The notes: generated from the sequence alone by a model not told the origin. A DNA stretch of 64,000 bases from an uncultured Weeksellaceae bacterium (GCA_964397025.1 CAYNGO010000001.1:38038-102037); one strand, 5' to 3'. Positions 41,745 to 51,183 are shown, counted from the first letter of the stretch. Numbers and translations are program-made.

Positions 41745-42423
41745 CTATTTTCTCAAATATTTTCTTTGCAAGAGCCTGCTCTCCTGACTTGACAGAGCTA
41801 GACCAGTAGTTTTCAACAAGCTCTCCGTTTAGCAAAAAACCAATATTGTATTTTTTGTTATGATCAGGACCTAACGACTCTAGAACTATAAAATTAATGT
41901 TTTTATTCTGTATATTAGACCATGAAACAAGCTTGCTTTTAAAATCTGCTTTTATATTGTCATTTGTTCTTGGGCGGTCAATTATCTCTTTTTTAATAAA
42001 TTTTTCTGTTTTTTCAATACCCTTATCAAGATATAAAGCTCCGATAATTGCCTCTAAGTAGTTTCCGTACATATTATGAGAAATATTTTTTACTTTATGC
42101 ACAAAGAGCTTATCATCTAGCATCTCTTTTCCTATTTCATTAAGGTTTTTTCTGCTAATTATCAAAGATCTTTTATTAGATAAAACACCTTCGTCCTCTT
42201 CAGGATTTGAGTTATAAAGCACTTTAGAAACTACTGCGCTTAAAACAGCGTCTCCCAAAAACTCTAATCTTTCATTGTTTTTAAACTTATTGGAAGATTT
42301 ATGTACAAGCGCTTGATTATACAGTTTTTTATTTTTTGGTCTGTAACCAGAGAGCTCTTCAAAAAAATTCTTTTTCTGTTTTTTAAAACAAAAAAGCCTA
42401 TTTAAAAATTTATTAGAAATTAT
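41710..42423 (-). CDS. rnc: Ribonuclease III (start codon non-canonical or unresolved)
   Basis: The catalytic signature NERLEFLGDAVL is encoded in frame at about 42282-42247. The ORF track starts at the internal TTG (Leu of EFLG, 42258). The frame is open upstream to 42435 with no ATG/GTG/TTG. C-terminal dsRBD present. Confidence 0.8.
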   Translation of the reverse strand: MISNKFLNRLFCFKKQKKNFFEELSGYRPKNKKLYNQALVHKSSNKFKNNERLEFLGDAVLSAVVSKVLYNSNPEEDEGVLSNKRSLIISRKNLNEIGKEMLDDKLFVHKVKNISHNMYGNYLEAIIGALYLDKGIEKTEKFIKKEIIDRPRTNDNIKADFKSKLVSWSNIQNKNINFIVLESLGPDHNKKYNIGFLLNGELVENYWSSSVKSGEQALAKKIFEKIDERNTFIRKDK

Positions 42424-43673
42424 TCTGAAAACTTTTTAAACAAAACGGAGCCATTGTGCCCTCCAAAACCAAAAGTATTGCTGATTGCATAATTTACCTT
42501 CTTTTCCTCACTGATATTAAAAGTGAGGTTTAGTTTTTTATCAATTTTATCATCTCGCTCAAAATGATTAATTGTTGGAGGTATTATATTATTTTTTACA
42601 GACATTACGCATGCGATTGCTTCAATGACTCCTGCCGCGCCTAAAAGATGGCCCGTCATTGATTTAGTAGAGCTAATATTTAATTTATACGCGTGTTGCT
42701 TAAAAAGATCGGTGATTGCTTTTGTTTCTGCTATATCCCCAAGGGGAGTTGATGTTCCGTGAACATTAATATAGTCTATTTCATTAAGATTTATTGATGC
42801 CTCTTCAATAGCTGATGCCATAACTTTTTTAGCCCCCAAACCTTCTGGATGTGGCGCTGTTATGTGATATGCGTCAGCCGTCATCCCTCCTCCAACTAGC
42901 TCTGCATAGATTTTAGCTCCTCTTTTTTTAGCATGTTCATACTCTTCTAAAACCATGGCCCCACCTCCTTCTCCAAGAACAAACCCATCTCTATCTTTAT
43001 CAAAAGGCCGTGATGCTGTTTTGGGGTCTTCATTTCTAGTTGAAAGAGCCATCATAGCATTGAAACCCCCGATTCCTGGCTCTAAAACACATGCTTCTGA
43101 GCCTCCTGCAATGAATATGTCAGACTTATTCCATTTTATATAATTATACGCATCTATTAAAGCATGGGTAGATGATGCGCATGCAGAAACTGTTGTAAAG
43201 TTTGGGCCTCTAAAACCATATTTAATAGATATATGTCCAGCAGGAATATCAGAAATTAACTTTGGTATGAAAAAGGGATTAAATCTTGGGGTTCCGTTTC
43301 CAGTTCCAAAATTTACGGATTCTGAATAAAAAGTGCTCATTCCGCCAATTCCTGACCCCCAAATAACACCAGCTCTATCGCTATCAATCTTTTCTACAGA
43401 CAAGCCCGAATCATTAAATGCTTGATCTGCTACGGTTACTGCAAATTGACAAAAACGATCTAACTTTCTAGCTTGTTTTCTATCAATAAAATCTGTTGGA
43501 TTAAAGCCTTTTACTTCACAGGCAAATTTTGTTTTGAAATTTGTTGAGTCAAAAAGAGTAATTGGACCCGCCCCACTTTTTCCTTCTGTTAGGCCTTGCC
43601 AATATTCATTTAAATTATTGCCAATTGGAGTTAAGGCTCCAATTCCAGTAACAACAACTCTTCTTGTACTCAT
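42420..43673 (-). CDS. fabF: Beta-ketoacyl-ACP synthase II
   Basis: 417 aa. Active-site Cys in TVSACASS, and His motifs in NVHGTSTP and KSMTGHLLGAAG. Confidence 0.93.
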   Translation of the reverse strand: MSTRRVVVTGIGALTPIGNNLNEYWQGLTEGKSGAGPITLFDSTNFKTKFACEVKGFNPTDFIDRKQARKLDRFCQFAVTVADQAFNDSGLSVEKIDSDRAGVIWGSGIGGMSTFYSESVNFGTGNGTPRFNPFFIPKLISDIPAGHISIKYGFRGPNFTTVSACASSTHALIDAYNYIKWNKSDIFIAGGSEACVLEPGIGGFNAMMALSTRNEDPKTASRPFDKDRDGFVLGEGGGAMVLEEYEHAKKRGAKIYAELVGGGMTADAYHITAPHPEGLGAKKVMASAIEEASINLNEIDYINVHGTSTPLGDIAETKAITDLFKQHAYKLNISSTKSMTGHLLGAAGVIEAIACVMSVKNNIIPPTINHFERDDKIDKKLNLTFNISEEKKVNYAISNTFGFGGHNGSVLFKKFSE

Positions 43674-43679
43674 ATATAA

Positions 43680-43913
43680 TTACAGTGTCTCTTCAATAAA
43701 AGAAATAGCATCCTTTACGGTTGCAATATTTTCTGCTTTATCATCTGGTATTTGAATATCAAATTCCTTTTCAAACTCCATAATAAGCTCTACAGTATCT
43801 AAAGAATCTGCTCCTAAATCATTTGTAAAACTCGCATTGTCAGTAACCTCTCCCTCATCAACACCTAGCTTATCTATTATAATTGCTTTTACTTTTGTTG
43901 CTACATCAGACAT
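43680..43913 (-). CDS. acpP: Acyl carrier protein
   Basis: 77 aa. Phosphopantetheine site [11 protein letters not shown]. Confidence 0.95.
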   Translation of the reverse strand: MSDVATKVKAIIIDKLGVDEGEVTDNASFTNDLGADSLDTVELIMEFEKEFDIQIPDDKAENIATVKDAISFIEETL

Positions 43914-44009
43914 GTCTATTTTTTTTAATTAATAATGTGCAAATTAAACTATAAAATGAAGATTGTGCAAACTTTATCTTTTTCTATTTTAACATCCATT
44001 TGTTTATTA

Positions 44010-44017
44010 TATTTTTG
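44010..44017 (+). promoter_or_regulatory. -7 box TATTTTTG for purN
   Basis: Exact TAnnTTTG 14 nt upstream of ATG 44031. It lies inside the ORF-track N-terminal extension. Confidence 0.45.
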
Positions 44018-44030
44018 GAGAAAAAGATTA

Positions 44031-44606
44031 ATGTCTATTAACATCGCTGTATTTGCATCAGGAAAAGGAACAAACGCAGAAAAAATATGCTCTTTTTTTT
44101 CCAAATCTAATGATGTAAAAGTGAATTTAATTTGTTCGAACAATAAAGAGTCTAAGGTTTTTAATTTAGCTAAAAGCTTAGAAATTAGTTCTTATTTTAT
44201 AGATGATTTTTCAAATGAAAACTCTGAAAAATTATATAGATTTCTTTTAGATAAAAAAATTGATTACATTGTTTTGGCAGGTTTTTTGCTAAAAATCCCT
44301 TCATTTATTATTAGTTTTTTTTCAAACAAGATAATAAACCTGCATCCTTCACTACTTCCTAAGTACGGGGGAAAAGGAATGTATGGTGCGAGGGTTCACA
44401 AAGAGGTTATTAGGAATAATGAAAAGGAGAGCGGAATAACAATTCATTATGTTAATGAAAATTATGACGAAGGAGCTGTAATATACCAACATAAGCAGCC
44501 AATATCTTTAGGTGAGACAGGTCTTACTCTATCAAAAAAAATTCAGGAACTTGAGCACTCCTATTATCCTTTAATAATTGAAAAGCTAATAAAAAACAAT
44601 CTATAA
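44031..44606 (+). CDS. purN: Phosphoribosylglycinamide formyltransferase
   Basis: Start set to MSINIAVFASGKGTNAEKI. INLHPSLLPKYGG motif. Confidence 0.88.
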   Translation: MSINIAVFASGKGTNAEKICSFFSKSNDVKVNLICSNNKESKVFNLAKSLEISSYFIDDFSNENSEKLYRFLLDKKIDYIVLAGFLLKIPSFIISFFSNKIINLHPSLLPKYGGKGMYGARVHKEVIRNNEKESGITIHYVNENYDEGAVIYQHKQPISLGETGLTLSKKIQELEHSYYPLIIEKLIKNNL

Positions 44607-45079
44607 TGAGCGTTGTAATATATACAGATGGTTCGGCAAAAGGTAATCCTGGAAGGGGGGGGTATGGAGTTGTCTTGTTAGCTGGAAAGCACAGGAAAGA
44701 AATTTCTTGTGGATACAAGCTAACCACAAACAACAGGATGGAGCTACTAGCTGTTATTATTGGCTTAGAATCATTAACAAGAATTAATGAAGATGTAACT
44801 GTTGTTTCTGATTCAAAATATGTTGTTGATGCTGTAGAAAAAAAATGGGTTTTTAGTTGGGAAATTAAAAACTTTGCTAAAAAGAAGAATCCAGATCTTT
44901 GGATGCGTTTTTTAAAGATCTATAGAAAACACAAAGTTTCTTTTATCTGGGTAAAAGGCCATGCAAATAATATAGAAAATGAAAGATGTGACTATTTGGC
45001 TGTTTCAGCATCAGAAAAACCTCCTCTTGATTCTGACACCTGGTATGAAAAATCTAAAGAAAAAAACACTCTCTTTTAA
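44606..45079 (+). CDS. rnhA: Ribonuclease HI
   Basis: 157 aa. IYTDGSAKGNPGRGGYG, NNRMEL and SDSKYV motifs. The start overlaps the purN stop by 1 nt. Confidence 0.9.
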   Translation: MSVVIYTDGSAKGNPGRGGYGVVLLAGKHRKEISCGYKLTTNNRMELLAVIIGLESLTRINEDVTVVSDSKYVVDAVEKKWVFSWEIKNFAKKKNPDLWMRFLKIYRKHKVSFIWVKGHANNIENERCDYLAVSASEKPPLDSDTWYEKSKEKNTLF

Positions 45080-45996
45080 GAATTAATCTCAAATTTTGCA
45101 AGATTAACAAACTGCTGCAACCTCTCTGCAACATCTTTATCTGTAATTTCAGTTAATTTTTGTGTTCCAAATTTTTCTACACAAAACGAAGCCATCACCG
45201 ATCCGTATATAACGGCGCTTTTCATATTTTCAAAAGAAGTGTCATTTGTTTTACTTAAATAACCTATAAAGCCGCCAGCAAAAGAATCTCCAGCTCCTGT
45301 AGGATCAAAAACATTTTCTAAAGGAAGCGCTGGTGCAGAAAACACTTTTCCTTCACCAAACAATAAAGCGCCATGCTCTCCTTTTTTAATAACTAAATAT
45401 TTTGGTCCCATATTTTTAATCACTTTTGAAGCCTTGACTAGAGAGTTTTCTCCAGAAAGCTGCCTAGCCTCTTCATCGTTTATTGTCAACACATCAACAT
45501 TTTTAAGCGCCTCTATTAAGTCTTCTAAACAATTATCCATCCAAAAATTCATGGTATCCAAAACAATAAGTTTTGGTCTTTTTTGCATTTGATCTAAAAC
45601 TTTTTGCTGAACACTTGGAACGAGATTACCAAGCATTAAAAAATCACTATCTGAATATTCAGAGGGAACAATAGGGTTAAATGTTTCTAAAACATTAAGC
45701 TGAGTGTCTATTGTGTCTCTAGAGTTCATGTTGTTGTGATACCGTCCTGACCAAAAAAATGTTTTTTCTTCTTTTATAATTTGTAAACCCTTTGTGTCAA
45801 CATGATGGTCTTCAAGCATTTTTATTGCATCTTGAGGGAAATCTCCTCCAACAACAGAAACTAAATTTAAATTTTTTGTAAAAAAAGAGGCTGCCAATGA
45901 GATATATGTTGCAGCGCCACCTACTATTTTGTCTGTTTTTCCAAATGGAGTTTCAATTGCGTCAAAAGCTACCGTACCCACTATTAAGTTTTTCAT
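45076..45996 (-). CDS. PfkB-family carbohydrate kinase
   Basis: 306 aa. C-terminal ribokinase-family signature DPTGAGDSFAGGF. Confidence 0.8.
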   Translation of the reverse strand: MKNLIVGTVAFDAIETPFGKTDKIVGGAATYISLAASFFTKNLNLVSVVGGDFPQDAIKMLEDHHVDTKGLQIIKEEKTFFWSGRYHNNMNSRDTIDTQLNVLETFNPIVPSEYSDSDFLMLGNLVPSVQQKVLDQMQKRPKLIVLDTMNFWMDNCLEDLIEALKNVDVLTINDEEARQLSGENSLVKASKVIKNMGPKYLVIKKGEHGALLFGEGKVFSAPALPLENVFDPTGAGDSFAGGFIGYLSKTNDTSFENMKSAVIYGSVMASFCVEKFGTQKLTEITDKDVAERLQQFVNLAKFEINS

Positions 45997-46010
45997 TCTT
46001 GTTTTTTGTA

Positions 46011-46018
46011 CAAATATA
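46011..46018 (-). promoter_or_regulatory. -7 box (TATATTTG on minus strand) for the PfkB kinase gene
   Basis: The plus strand reads CAAATATA, 15 nt upstream of ATG 45996. Confidence 0.45.
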
Positions 46019-46062
46019 TTGCATAATTTATTGCTTTATGCTATTTTTGCTCGCTTTTAAAA

Positions 46063-46136
46063 TCCTCCTTAGCTCAGCTGGTTAGAGCATCTGACTGTTA
46101 ATCAGAGGGTCCTAGGTTCGAGTCCTAGAGGGGGAG
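46063..46136 (+). tRNA. tRNA-Asn (anticodon GUU)
   Basis: 74 nt cloverleaf read by hand. Acceptor stem TCCTCCT/AGGGGGA (one G-U pair). D arm GCTC-AGCTGGTTA-GAGC. Anticodon loop CTGTTAA. T arm CTAGG-TTCGAGT-CCTAG. No encoded CCA. Confidence 0.9.
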
Positions 46137-46147
46137 CAATTATTAAA

Positions 46148-46181
46148 AGACCTCTATATTTTAACATAGAGGTCTTTTTTT
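46148..46181 (+). terminator. Rho-independent terminator after tRNA-Asn
   Basis: 10-bp perfect stem AGACCTCTAT/ATAGAGGTCT with an 8-nt loop, followed by TTTTTT. Confidence 0.75.
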
Positions 46182-46262
46182 GTTTATCTGCTTTAAATTT
46201 CGTAAAATTCACTTTAATATAAAAGTATGTTATCGTAAGTTTAAACTACATCTGCAAATAAA

Positions 46263-46973
46263 ATGAACAAACAAATTACAACCATTTCTTTTTTTAAATT
46301 TTCATCGTTAAAAAATAAAATTTGGGGTTTTGTAATGATGTTACTTGCCCATAACGAGTTATATAAAGTTAAAGGGCTTTCATTTTATCGGCTAATGGGT
46401 AGTGGTAAAGGAAAGGGTTTTAATCCATTCCCTGATTGGTCTGTATACAGCCTAATACAAGTTTGGGAGTCTGAAGAAGTCGCAAATAAATATTTTAGCT
46501 CTTCAACTTTAATTAAAAAGTACAAAACCCATACAGTAGAAATTTATACGCTTTATATGAAAAATATTGCAGCTGTAGGAACATGGATTAATAAAACCCC
46601 CTTTAAAAAAGGAGCGGATTTAGACCCTAACTTACCTATTGCTATTATTACCAGGGCAACCATAAAGTGGGGCTGGCTTTTTCGATTTTGGAAATATGTT
46701 CCTACCTCTCAAGAACCCTTAGATGGGAATAAAGGATTAATTTACACCAAAGGAATAGGCGAAGTGCCTGTTGTTCAAATGGCTACATTTAGCTTGTGGA
46801 AAAACTTTGATGCGGTAAAGGAGTTTGCCTACAACAGTAAACAACACAAGGAGGCTATTAGAAAAACTCGAAAAAACGAATGGTATAAAGAAGAGCTGTT
46901 TTCTAGGTTCCACCCATATAAATCTCTAGGAACCTGGGAGGGCAATGATCAGTTGGTTTTTAAAAATCATTGA
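46263..46973 (+). CDS. CrtA-like (spheroidene monooxygenase family) protein, possible carotenoid hydroxylase/ketolase
   Basis: 236 aa. The N-terminal pattern ISFFKFSSLKNKIWGFVMMLLAH...FYRLMGSGKGKGFNPFPDWSVYSLIQVWESEEVANKYF resembles my memory of the CrtA family. Not searched. Confidence 0.4.
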   Translation: MNKQITTISFFKFSSLKNKIWGFVMMLLAHNELYKVKGLSFYRLMGSGKGKGFNPFPDWSVYSLIQVWESEEVANKYFSSSTLIKKYKTHTVEIYTLYMKNIAAVGTWINKTPFKKGADLDPNLPIAIITRATIKWGWLFRFWKYVPTSQEPLDGNKGLIYTKGIGEVPVVQMATFSLWKNFDAVKEFAYNSKQHKEAIRKTRKNEWYKEELFSRFHPYKSLGTWEGNDQLVFKNH

Positions 46974-47896
46974 GGGCTTGCAATAACGGTCATGATACCA
47001 AGTGAAGATGTTTTTTCCTGCAACTTTTTAGGTAAAAACTTAATCATTCCAATCACAAATTGTGTAAATTCTTTCTCCATATTCTTGTCCCATTGAACTC
47101 CTTTTTTTTCCATTTCACTCATCCAATATAGTAAATACGGATTCATGGTTCCATAAGTAAAAATTTTAGAAACTTTCCAGCCGCTTTTTTTTAGCAATAA
47201 CTCTATGTTTTTAGGTGAAAATAATGAAAGATGCCTGGGAGTGTGCCAACCAGCCCAGTTTTTTCCATACTTTTTTCTGCTTAAAGAATCAAAATTAGGA
47301 ATTTCAATAACCAGCGTTGTAGATGGTTTAGAAATTACTTTTAAAGAGCGCAGGTTTTCAAATGGAGTATAATCGTGTTCTAAATAATGCCACATAGTAA
47401 TTACATCTGGCCGAAGATTAGATGAAAGATCTTTTATTTCTGCTACTTGTAAATTTATTTTTTTAAAATTATAAGCTTGATTTTTCCAACCTTCATCGCT
47501 AAAATCAATTCCCATTGTTTGACAATTTACTTTTTTCTGAAAAGCCTTTAAAAAAGTTGGATTTCCGCACCCAATATCTAAAATCAAGGACTCTTCAGAG
47601 AGATTGTGAATATCTTTTATTAGTTTAACCCTTTTTAAGTCTAGCTTTTGCTGGCTACTTGCTACAAATTTTTCAAATTTTCCCCAAGCTTGCGCTCCTC
47701 GATATGGCAAATAGTAAGAAGTATAATAGTTTTTAAGCTCCTCTAAATGTAATCTCGGGTTTAGGAAAACAAGTTTGCAGTTAGAACATTTATCGAAATT
47801 AAATAACTCTTTACTAGAATGCATTTGAGCTGTTGTCTTTATAAAAGAATTAAAAGAAGACGATCCGCATACTGGACAATTAGTGATTTCAATCAT
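46967..47896 (-). CDS. Class I SAM-dependent methyltransferase with an N-terminal zinc ribbon
   Basis: 309 aa. CPVCGS...CSNC ribbon and SAM motif ILDIGCGNPTF. Confidence 0.7.
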   Translation of the reverse strand: MIEITNCPVCGSSSFNSFIKTTAQMHSSKELFNFDKCSNCKLVFLNPRLHLEELKNYYTSYYLPYRGAQAWGKFEKFVASSQQKLDLKRVKLIKDIHNLSEESLILDIGCGNPTFLKAFQKKVNCQTMGIDFSDEGWKNQAYNFKKINLQVAEIKDLSSNLRPDVITMWHYLEHDYTPFENLRSLKVISKPSTTLVIEIPNFDSLSRKKYGKNWAGWHTPRHLSLFSPKNIELLLKKSGWKVSKIFTYGTMNPYLLYWMSEMEKKGVQWDKNMEKEFTQFVIGMIKFLPKKLQEKTSSLGIMTVIASPQ

Positions 47897-47988
47897 TAGG
47901 CTAAATTAAGTAATATGAGATTGTAATGTGTACTAAAAAGATAATGAATGGATACGCCTAATTTAGGATTAAACCTTCTTAATTAATA

Positions 47989-48726
47989 CTATAAAAAAGA
48001 ATGGTGCTGCTCTATTGCTAGCTCTATTTTCTCAACAACAACCTCAATAGTATCCTTTTCATAATTAATTTTAAGAGGAGGTTTTATGCGCATGCTTTGT
48101 GTTGTGCCTCTTTTCTTTATAAATAACCCTTGTTTATCAAAAGACCTTCTAAAGCCGTCAATAACAATTGGAATAACAATTGGTTTATTTTTCATTATAA
48201 TATGAGCCGTTCCTTTGCGCACTGGCCTCCAGGGAGTTGTTGTTCCTTGCGGAAAAGTTATTACCCAGCCATCATTTAGCGCCATGTTAATATTGTTTAT
48301 ATCGTTGGTTTTAACCTCTCTTTTTAGGTTTTTACCGCTTTCTCTCCATGTTCTTTGTATAGGTATTGATCCTATATAAGCCAAAACTCTTGGAAGAAAA
48401 CCATTGCTCATTGTTTCTTTAGCGGCAATGAAATAAAGATTAAGTTTTGGTTTAAGTAAATACAATATATTCTTTATACTATTATCTTGTCCGTTAATAC
48501 TTGCGTTTAGCACATGTATAATGGCAGTTGCATCCGCAAAATAAGTTTGGTGGTTTGATATAAATAAAACGTTTTTTTCTGGCAGGTTTTTAATTTGGTT
48601 GCTTCCGCTTATTTTTAAATTATTAATTCCATTAAACCTCCTGTAAGAAAGAAGGCCTATCAGCTGTATGATCCTTTTTTTTAGAAATAAGGCCCTTCCA
48701 AAAATGTCTTTTTGAATTAGTTTCAT
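47989..48726 (-). CDS. PlsC-family lysophospholipid acyltransferase
   Basis: 245 aa. Acyltransferase block FISNHQTYFADATAI (the His..Asp spacing is one residue longer than the classic HX4D) and FPQGTT block. Confidence 0.65.
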   Translation of the reverse strand: MKLIQKDIFGRALFLKKRIIQLIGLLSYRRFNGINNLKISGSNQIKNLPEKNVLFISNHQTYFADATAIIHVLNASINGQDNSIKNILYLLKPKLNLYFIAAKETMSNGFLPRVLAYIGSIPIQRTWRESGKNLKREVKTNDINNINMALNDGWVITFPQGTTTPWRPVRKGTAHIIMKNKPIVIPIVIDGFRRSFDKQGLFIKKRGTTQSMRIKPPLKINYEKDTIEVVVEKIELAIEQHHSFL

Positions 48727-48742
48727 TTTTAGTTTATTGACA

Positions 48743-50080
48743 CTAATTTTTTAAAATTATTCTCTTTTTAACACTTCCCTTTTCATCAACAACAATTTGA
48801 AACCCGCTATTTATCTCAGTTTTTCTACCAAGAACATCGATTTTTCTTGTCTTTCTTAAAGTGTTTTGATAAAAATGTTCATTACTGCTGCTTAGTGATT
48901 TAAAAGAGGCTTTAAGGTAAACAATTTTATGTTCTGTACTGTTAAGATATACCAAGTGAGCAATTCCGTTTTTAAATTCTACATCTGGATCTATCTTTTG
49001 TCCAAAAAAACTAGTGTCTGTAAAAGACAAAGAGCCTTGCAGGGCATGAGGCCCTTCTGTAGAAAAACTCATATAACAACCTTGATAACCTTCTCTATTG
49101 TCCTGCCATACAGCTATAATTGTATCTCCCGAGGCAGATACCTCTGGATAGTTTTGAACAACCCCACTTATAAAATCAATATTGTTGTTGTAAGAATAGT
49201 TAAGATTCTGCATGCTTACATTACTGCAAACAACCTCGTTGTTTCCAGTTGCTCCGCTTCTTTTTACAACAACTATAGAGTCTCCGCTTAGCACCCCTCT
49301 AGGGGTTGTTGCAGGACATGAGGATAAGGACCATATATAATCGTCCATATCAGCTACTGATGAAAAGTTTAAGCCTCCATCTGTAGATTTTGCTATATAG
49401 CTATTACGTATATTACTTTCGTTATTTCTAAAAAGAAGAAATACATTATTACCATCACATACCAAAGATGATTTACAACAGTCACAGGGCTCTCCAAGAG
49501 CTAAAGCGCTCGCCTCAGTTGCTCCTAAAAACGTAGAGCCAAAAGAAAGGGAGGTGTTAACCATTTGTTTTGGCTCGTTCCAATTTAAAAGATACTGCAT
49601 GTAACTAACAACAGGGTTTCCGTTGTTGTTAATTTCTACGTTTCCCATTCTAAACTTATGAAGAGGATTGTTTTCTGAGACTCTTATTGTATCAGAAAAG
49701 TTAATTCCGCCATCAAAAGATTTAATTAACATTATAGAGCTCTGAGTTGTTGCTAGTGATGTAAAAACAACATATACTGTATCTCCTTTTGTCGCAACTT
49801 CAGGACCATCCCAGGATGAAGGGAGTATCCCGTTTTGTAAAATATCATAAGGTTGAGAAAAACTTAAGCCATCCCAACTACTTGCTCGAAGGGTTTTTGG
49901 TGTAGCATCTTTTCTCCAAATAATTAGCGGAGCATCACCATTTGTTAGCTTTACCCTTGGCCTTCCAAATCCATCAGAGTTTTCGCTCACTGTCAAGTGC
50001 TGGTTAAACTGTATGGCTTGCCCTTTTGTTTCGTTAATAAATAAAAATATACAAATAAAAAGTATTAAGTGTTTTATCAT
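48743..50080 (-). CDS. Secreted BNR/Asp-box beta-propeller-like protein with a short C-terminal sorting-like tag
   Basis: Start set to ATG 50080 (MIKHLILFICIFLFINETKGQ). Asp-box-like KSFDGGINFS and KSTDGGLNFS. The C-terminus is ...KIDVLGRKTEINSGFQIVVDEKGSVKKRIILKN. Confidence 0.55.
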   Translation of the reverse strand: MIKHLILFICIFLFINETKGQAIQFNQHLTVSENSDGFGRPRVKLTNGDAPLIIWRKDATPKTLRASSWDGLSFSQPYDILQNGILPSSWDGPEVATKGDTVYVVFTSLATTQSSIMLIKSFDGGINFSDTIRVSENNPLHKFRMGNVEINNNGNPVVSYMQYLLNWNEPKQMVNTSLSFGSTFLGATEASALALGEPCDCCKSSLVCDGNNVFLLFRNNESNIRNSYIAKSTDGGLNFSSVADMDDYIWSLSSCPATTPRGVLSGDSIVVVKRSGATGNNEVVCSNVSMQNLNYSYNNNIDFISGVVQNYPEVSASGDTIIAVWQDNREGYQGCYMSFSTEGPHALQGSLSFTDTSFFGQKIDPDVEFKNGIAHLVYLNSTEHKIVYLKASFKSLSSSNEHFYQNTLRKTRKIDVLGRKTEINSGFQIVVDEKGSVKKRIILKN

Positions 50081-50085
50081 GATTA

Positions 50086-50093
50086 CAAATATA
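50086..50093 (-). promoter_or_regulatory. -7 box (TATATTTG on minus strand) for the BNR-like gene
   Basis: The plus strand reads CAAATATA, 5 nt upstream of ATG 50080. The ORF-track start at 50098 lies upstream of the box. Confidence 0.45.
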
Positions 50094-50332
50094 TACAAGT
50101 CAGCTTTATAAAAGTGTGTTTGTTGTACTAATTAGTTAAATAAAGAGCTTTCTTGTATATCTTTTTTACAAAAAAGCTATATTTTGTTTTGTTTTTAACT
50201 GTTTGTTTAATAAGTAAATAAAACAACATCTCATTCTTAGTATTAATAAAAATTTAAGACTTGAACACGTAAGTCTTTTTAATTCTGCATAGTCTTTTTC
50301 ATAAAAAGCTATGCTTTTGTTGATTTTGTTTG

Positions 50333-50340
50333 TACATTTG
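50333..50340 (+). promoter_or_regulatory. -7 box TACATTTG for the DUF4397-like gene
   Basis: Exact TAnnTTTG 22 nt upstream of ATG 50362. TTTG-containing sequence lies upstream at 50316-50328. Confidence 0.45.
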
Positions 50341-50361
50341 CACAACATTAAAAAATATAAC

Positions 50362-51183
50362 ATGAAATTTAACACACAAATACTATTATCCATATTAACC
50401 TTGTCAATAATTTTTTCTTCATGCAAAGAAGAAGAAGAGGTGGTAACGCCTCAGAACGATGCCACTGCTCGTGTACAAGTAATTCACAACTGCGCTGATT
50501 TAGCGGCATCAAGTGTGGATATTTATCTTAATAATGACTTATTAATTGATAATTTCACTTTTAGAACAGCCTCTCCTTTTATTGACGCTCCAGCTAACGA
50601 AGAGTTTTCTATTTCAGTTGCGCCTTCAACAAGCGCTTCATCATCAGAAGCTTTAGTAACATATAATTACACTCTTGCAGAAGGCGGGTCGTATGTTTTA
50701 ATTGCTGACGGCACAATTAGTCCAACAGGATACTCTCCTGCCAAAGCATTTTCAATTGAAGTGTACCCAATGGGGAGAGAGGTTGCGAGCTATGCAACAA
50801 ATACCGATTTACTTATTCATCATGGATCAACAGACGCTCCGACAGTAGATGTAGTTGAGACTGGAGTTGGCGCTGGAACAATTGTAGATAATGCTTCATA
50901 TAAAGATTTTACAGATTACCTAGAGCTTCCTACATCTGACTACACACTAGATATACGTGACGCATCTGGAATGACAACAGTTGCAACATTTAGCGCTCCA
51001 CTTGCAACGCTAAACTTAATGGGAATGTCGGCTGTTGTTGTTGCTTCAGGATTTTTAGACCCTGCAAATAATAGTAACGGAGAGTCATTTGGACTATATG
51101 TTGCTCTGCCTGCTGGAGGTGCTTTAGTGGCATTACCTGCTGGGAAAAAATCAAACAACCCAATTCCAAACCCTTCTTTTTAA
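50362..51183 (+). CDS. DUF4397-like lipoprotein
   Basis: Start set to MKFNTQILLSILTLSIIFSSC (lipobox). Repeated units of the type ARVQVIHNCADLAASSVDIYLNN and LLIHHGSTDAPTVDVVE are typical of DUF4397. Confidence 0.6.
   Translation: MKFNTQILLSILTLSIIFSSCKEEEEVVTPQNDATARVQVIHNCADLAASSVDIYLNNDLLIDNFTFRTASPFIDAPANEEFSISVAPSTSASSSEALVTYNYTLAEGGSYVLIADGTISPTGYSPAKAFSIEVYPMGREVASYATNTDLLIHHGSTDAPTVDVVETGVGAGTIVDNASYKDFTDYLELPTSDYTLDIRDASGMTTVATFSAPLATLNLMGMSAVVVASGFLDPANNSNGESFGLYVALPAGGALVALPAGKKSNNPIPNPSF

Noticed and set aside
42256-42258. TTG at 42258 as the rnc start (ORF-track call)
   Set aside because: This start would remove the ERLEF part of the RNase III signature, which lies in frame immediately upstream. 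The protein must start further upstream.
43935-44030. 32-aa N-terminal extension of purN in the ORF track (similar extensions at 37795-37869, 50081-50098, 50311-50361, 23301-23321, 15188-15211 and 30929-30958)
   Set aside because: The extensions contain or precede TAnnTTTG promoter boxes, or overlap the upstream gene. The shorter forms start with the conserved N-terminus or a proper signal peptide.
48929-49291. 120-aa plus-strand ORF inside the BNR-like gene
   Set aside because: It is antisense to a gene that has a signal peptide, Asp-box motifs and a C-terminal tag. There is no promoter box upstream, and the composition is consistent with a shadow ORF.
50166-50426. 86-aa minus-strand ORF spanning the divergent promoter region and the start of the DUF4397-like gene
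   Set aside because: It covers the TACATTTG box and the real ATG of the plus-strand gene. It has no signal or motif of its own.
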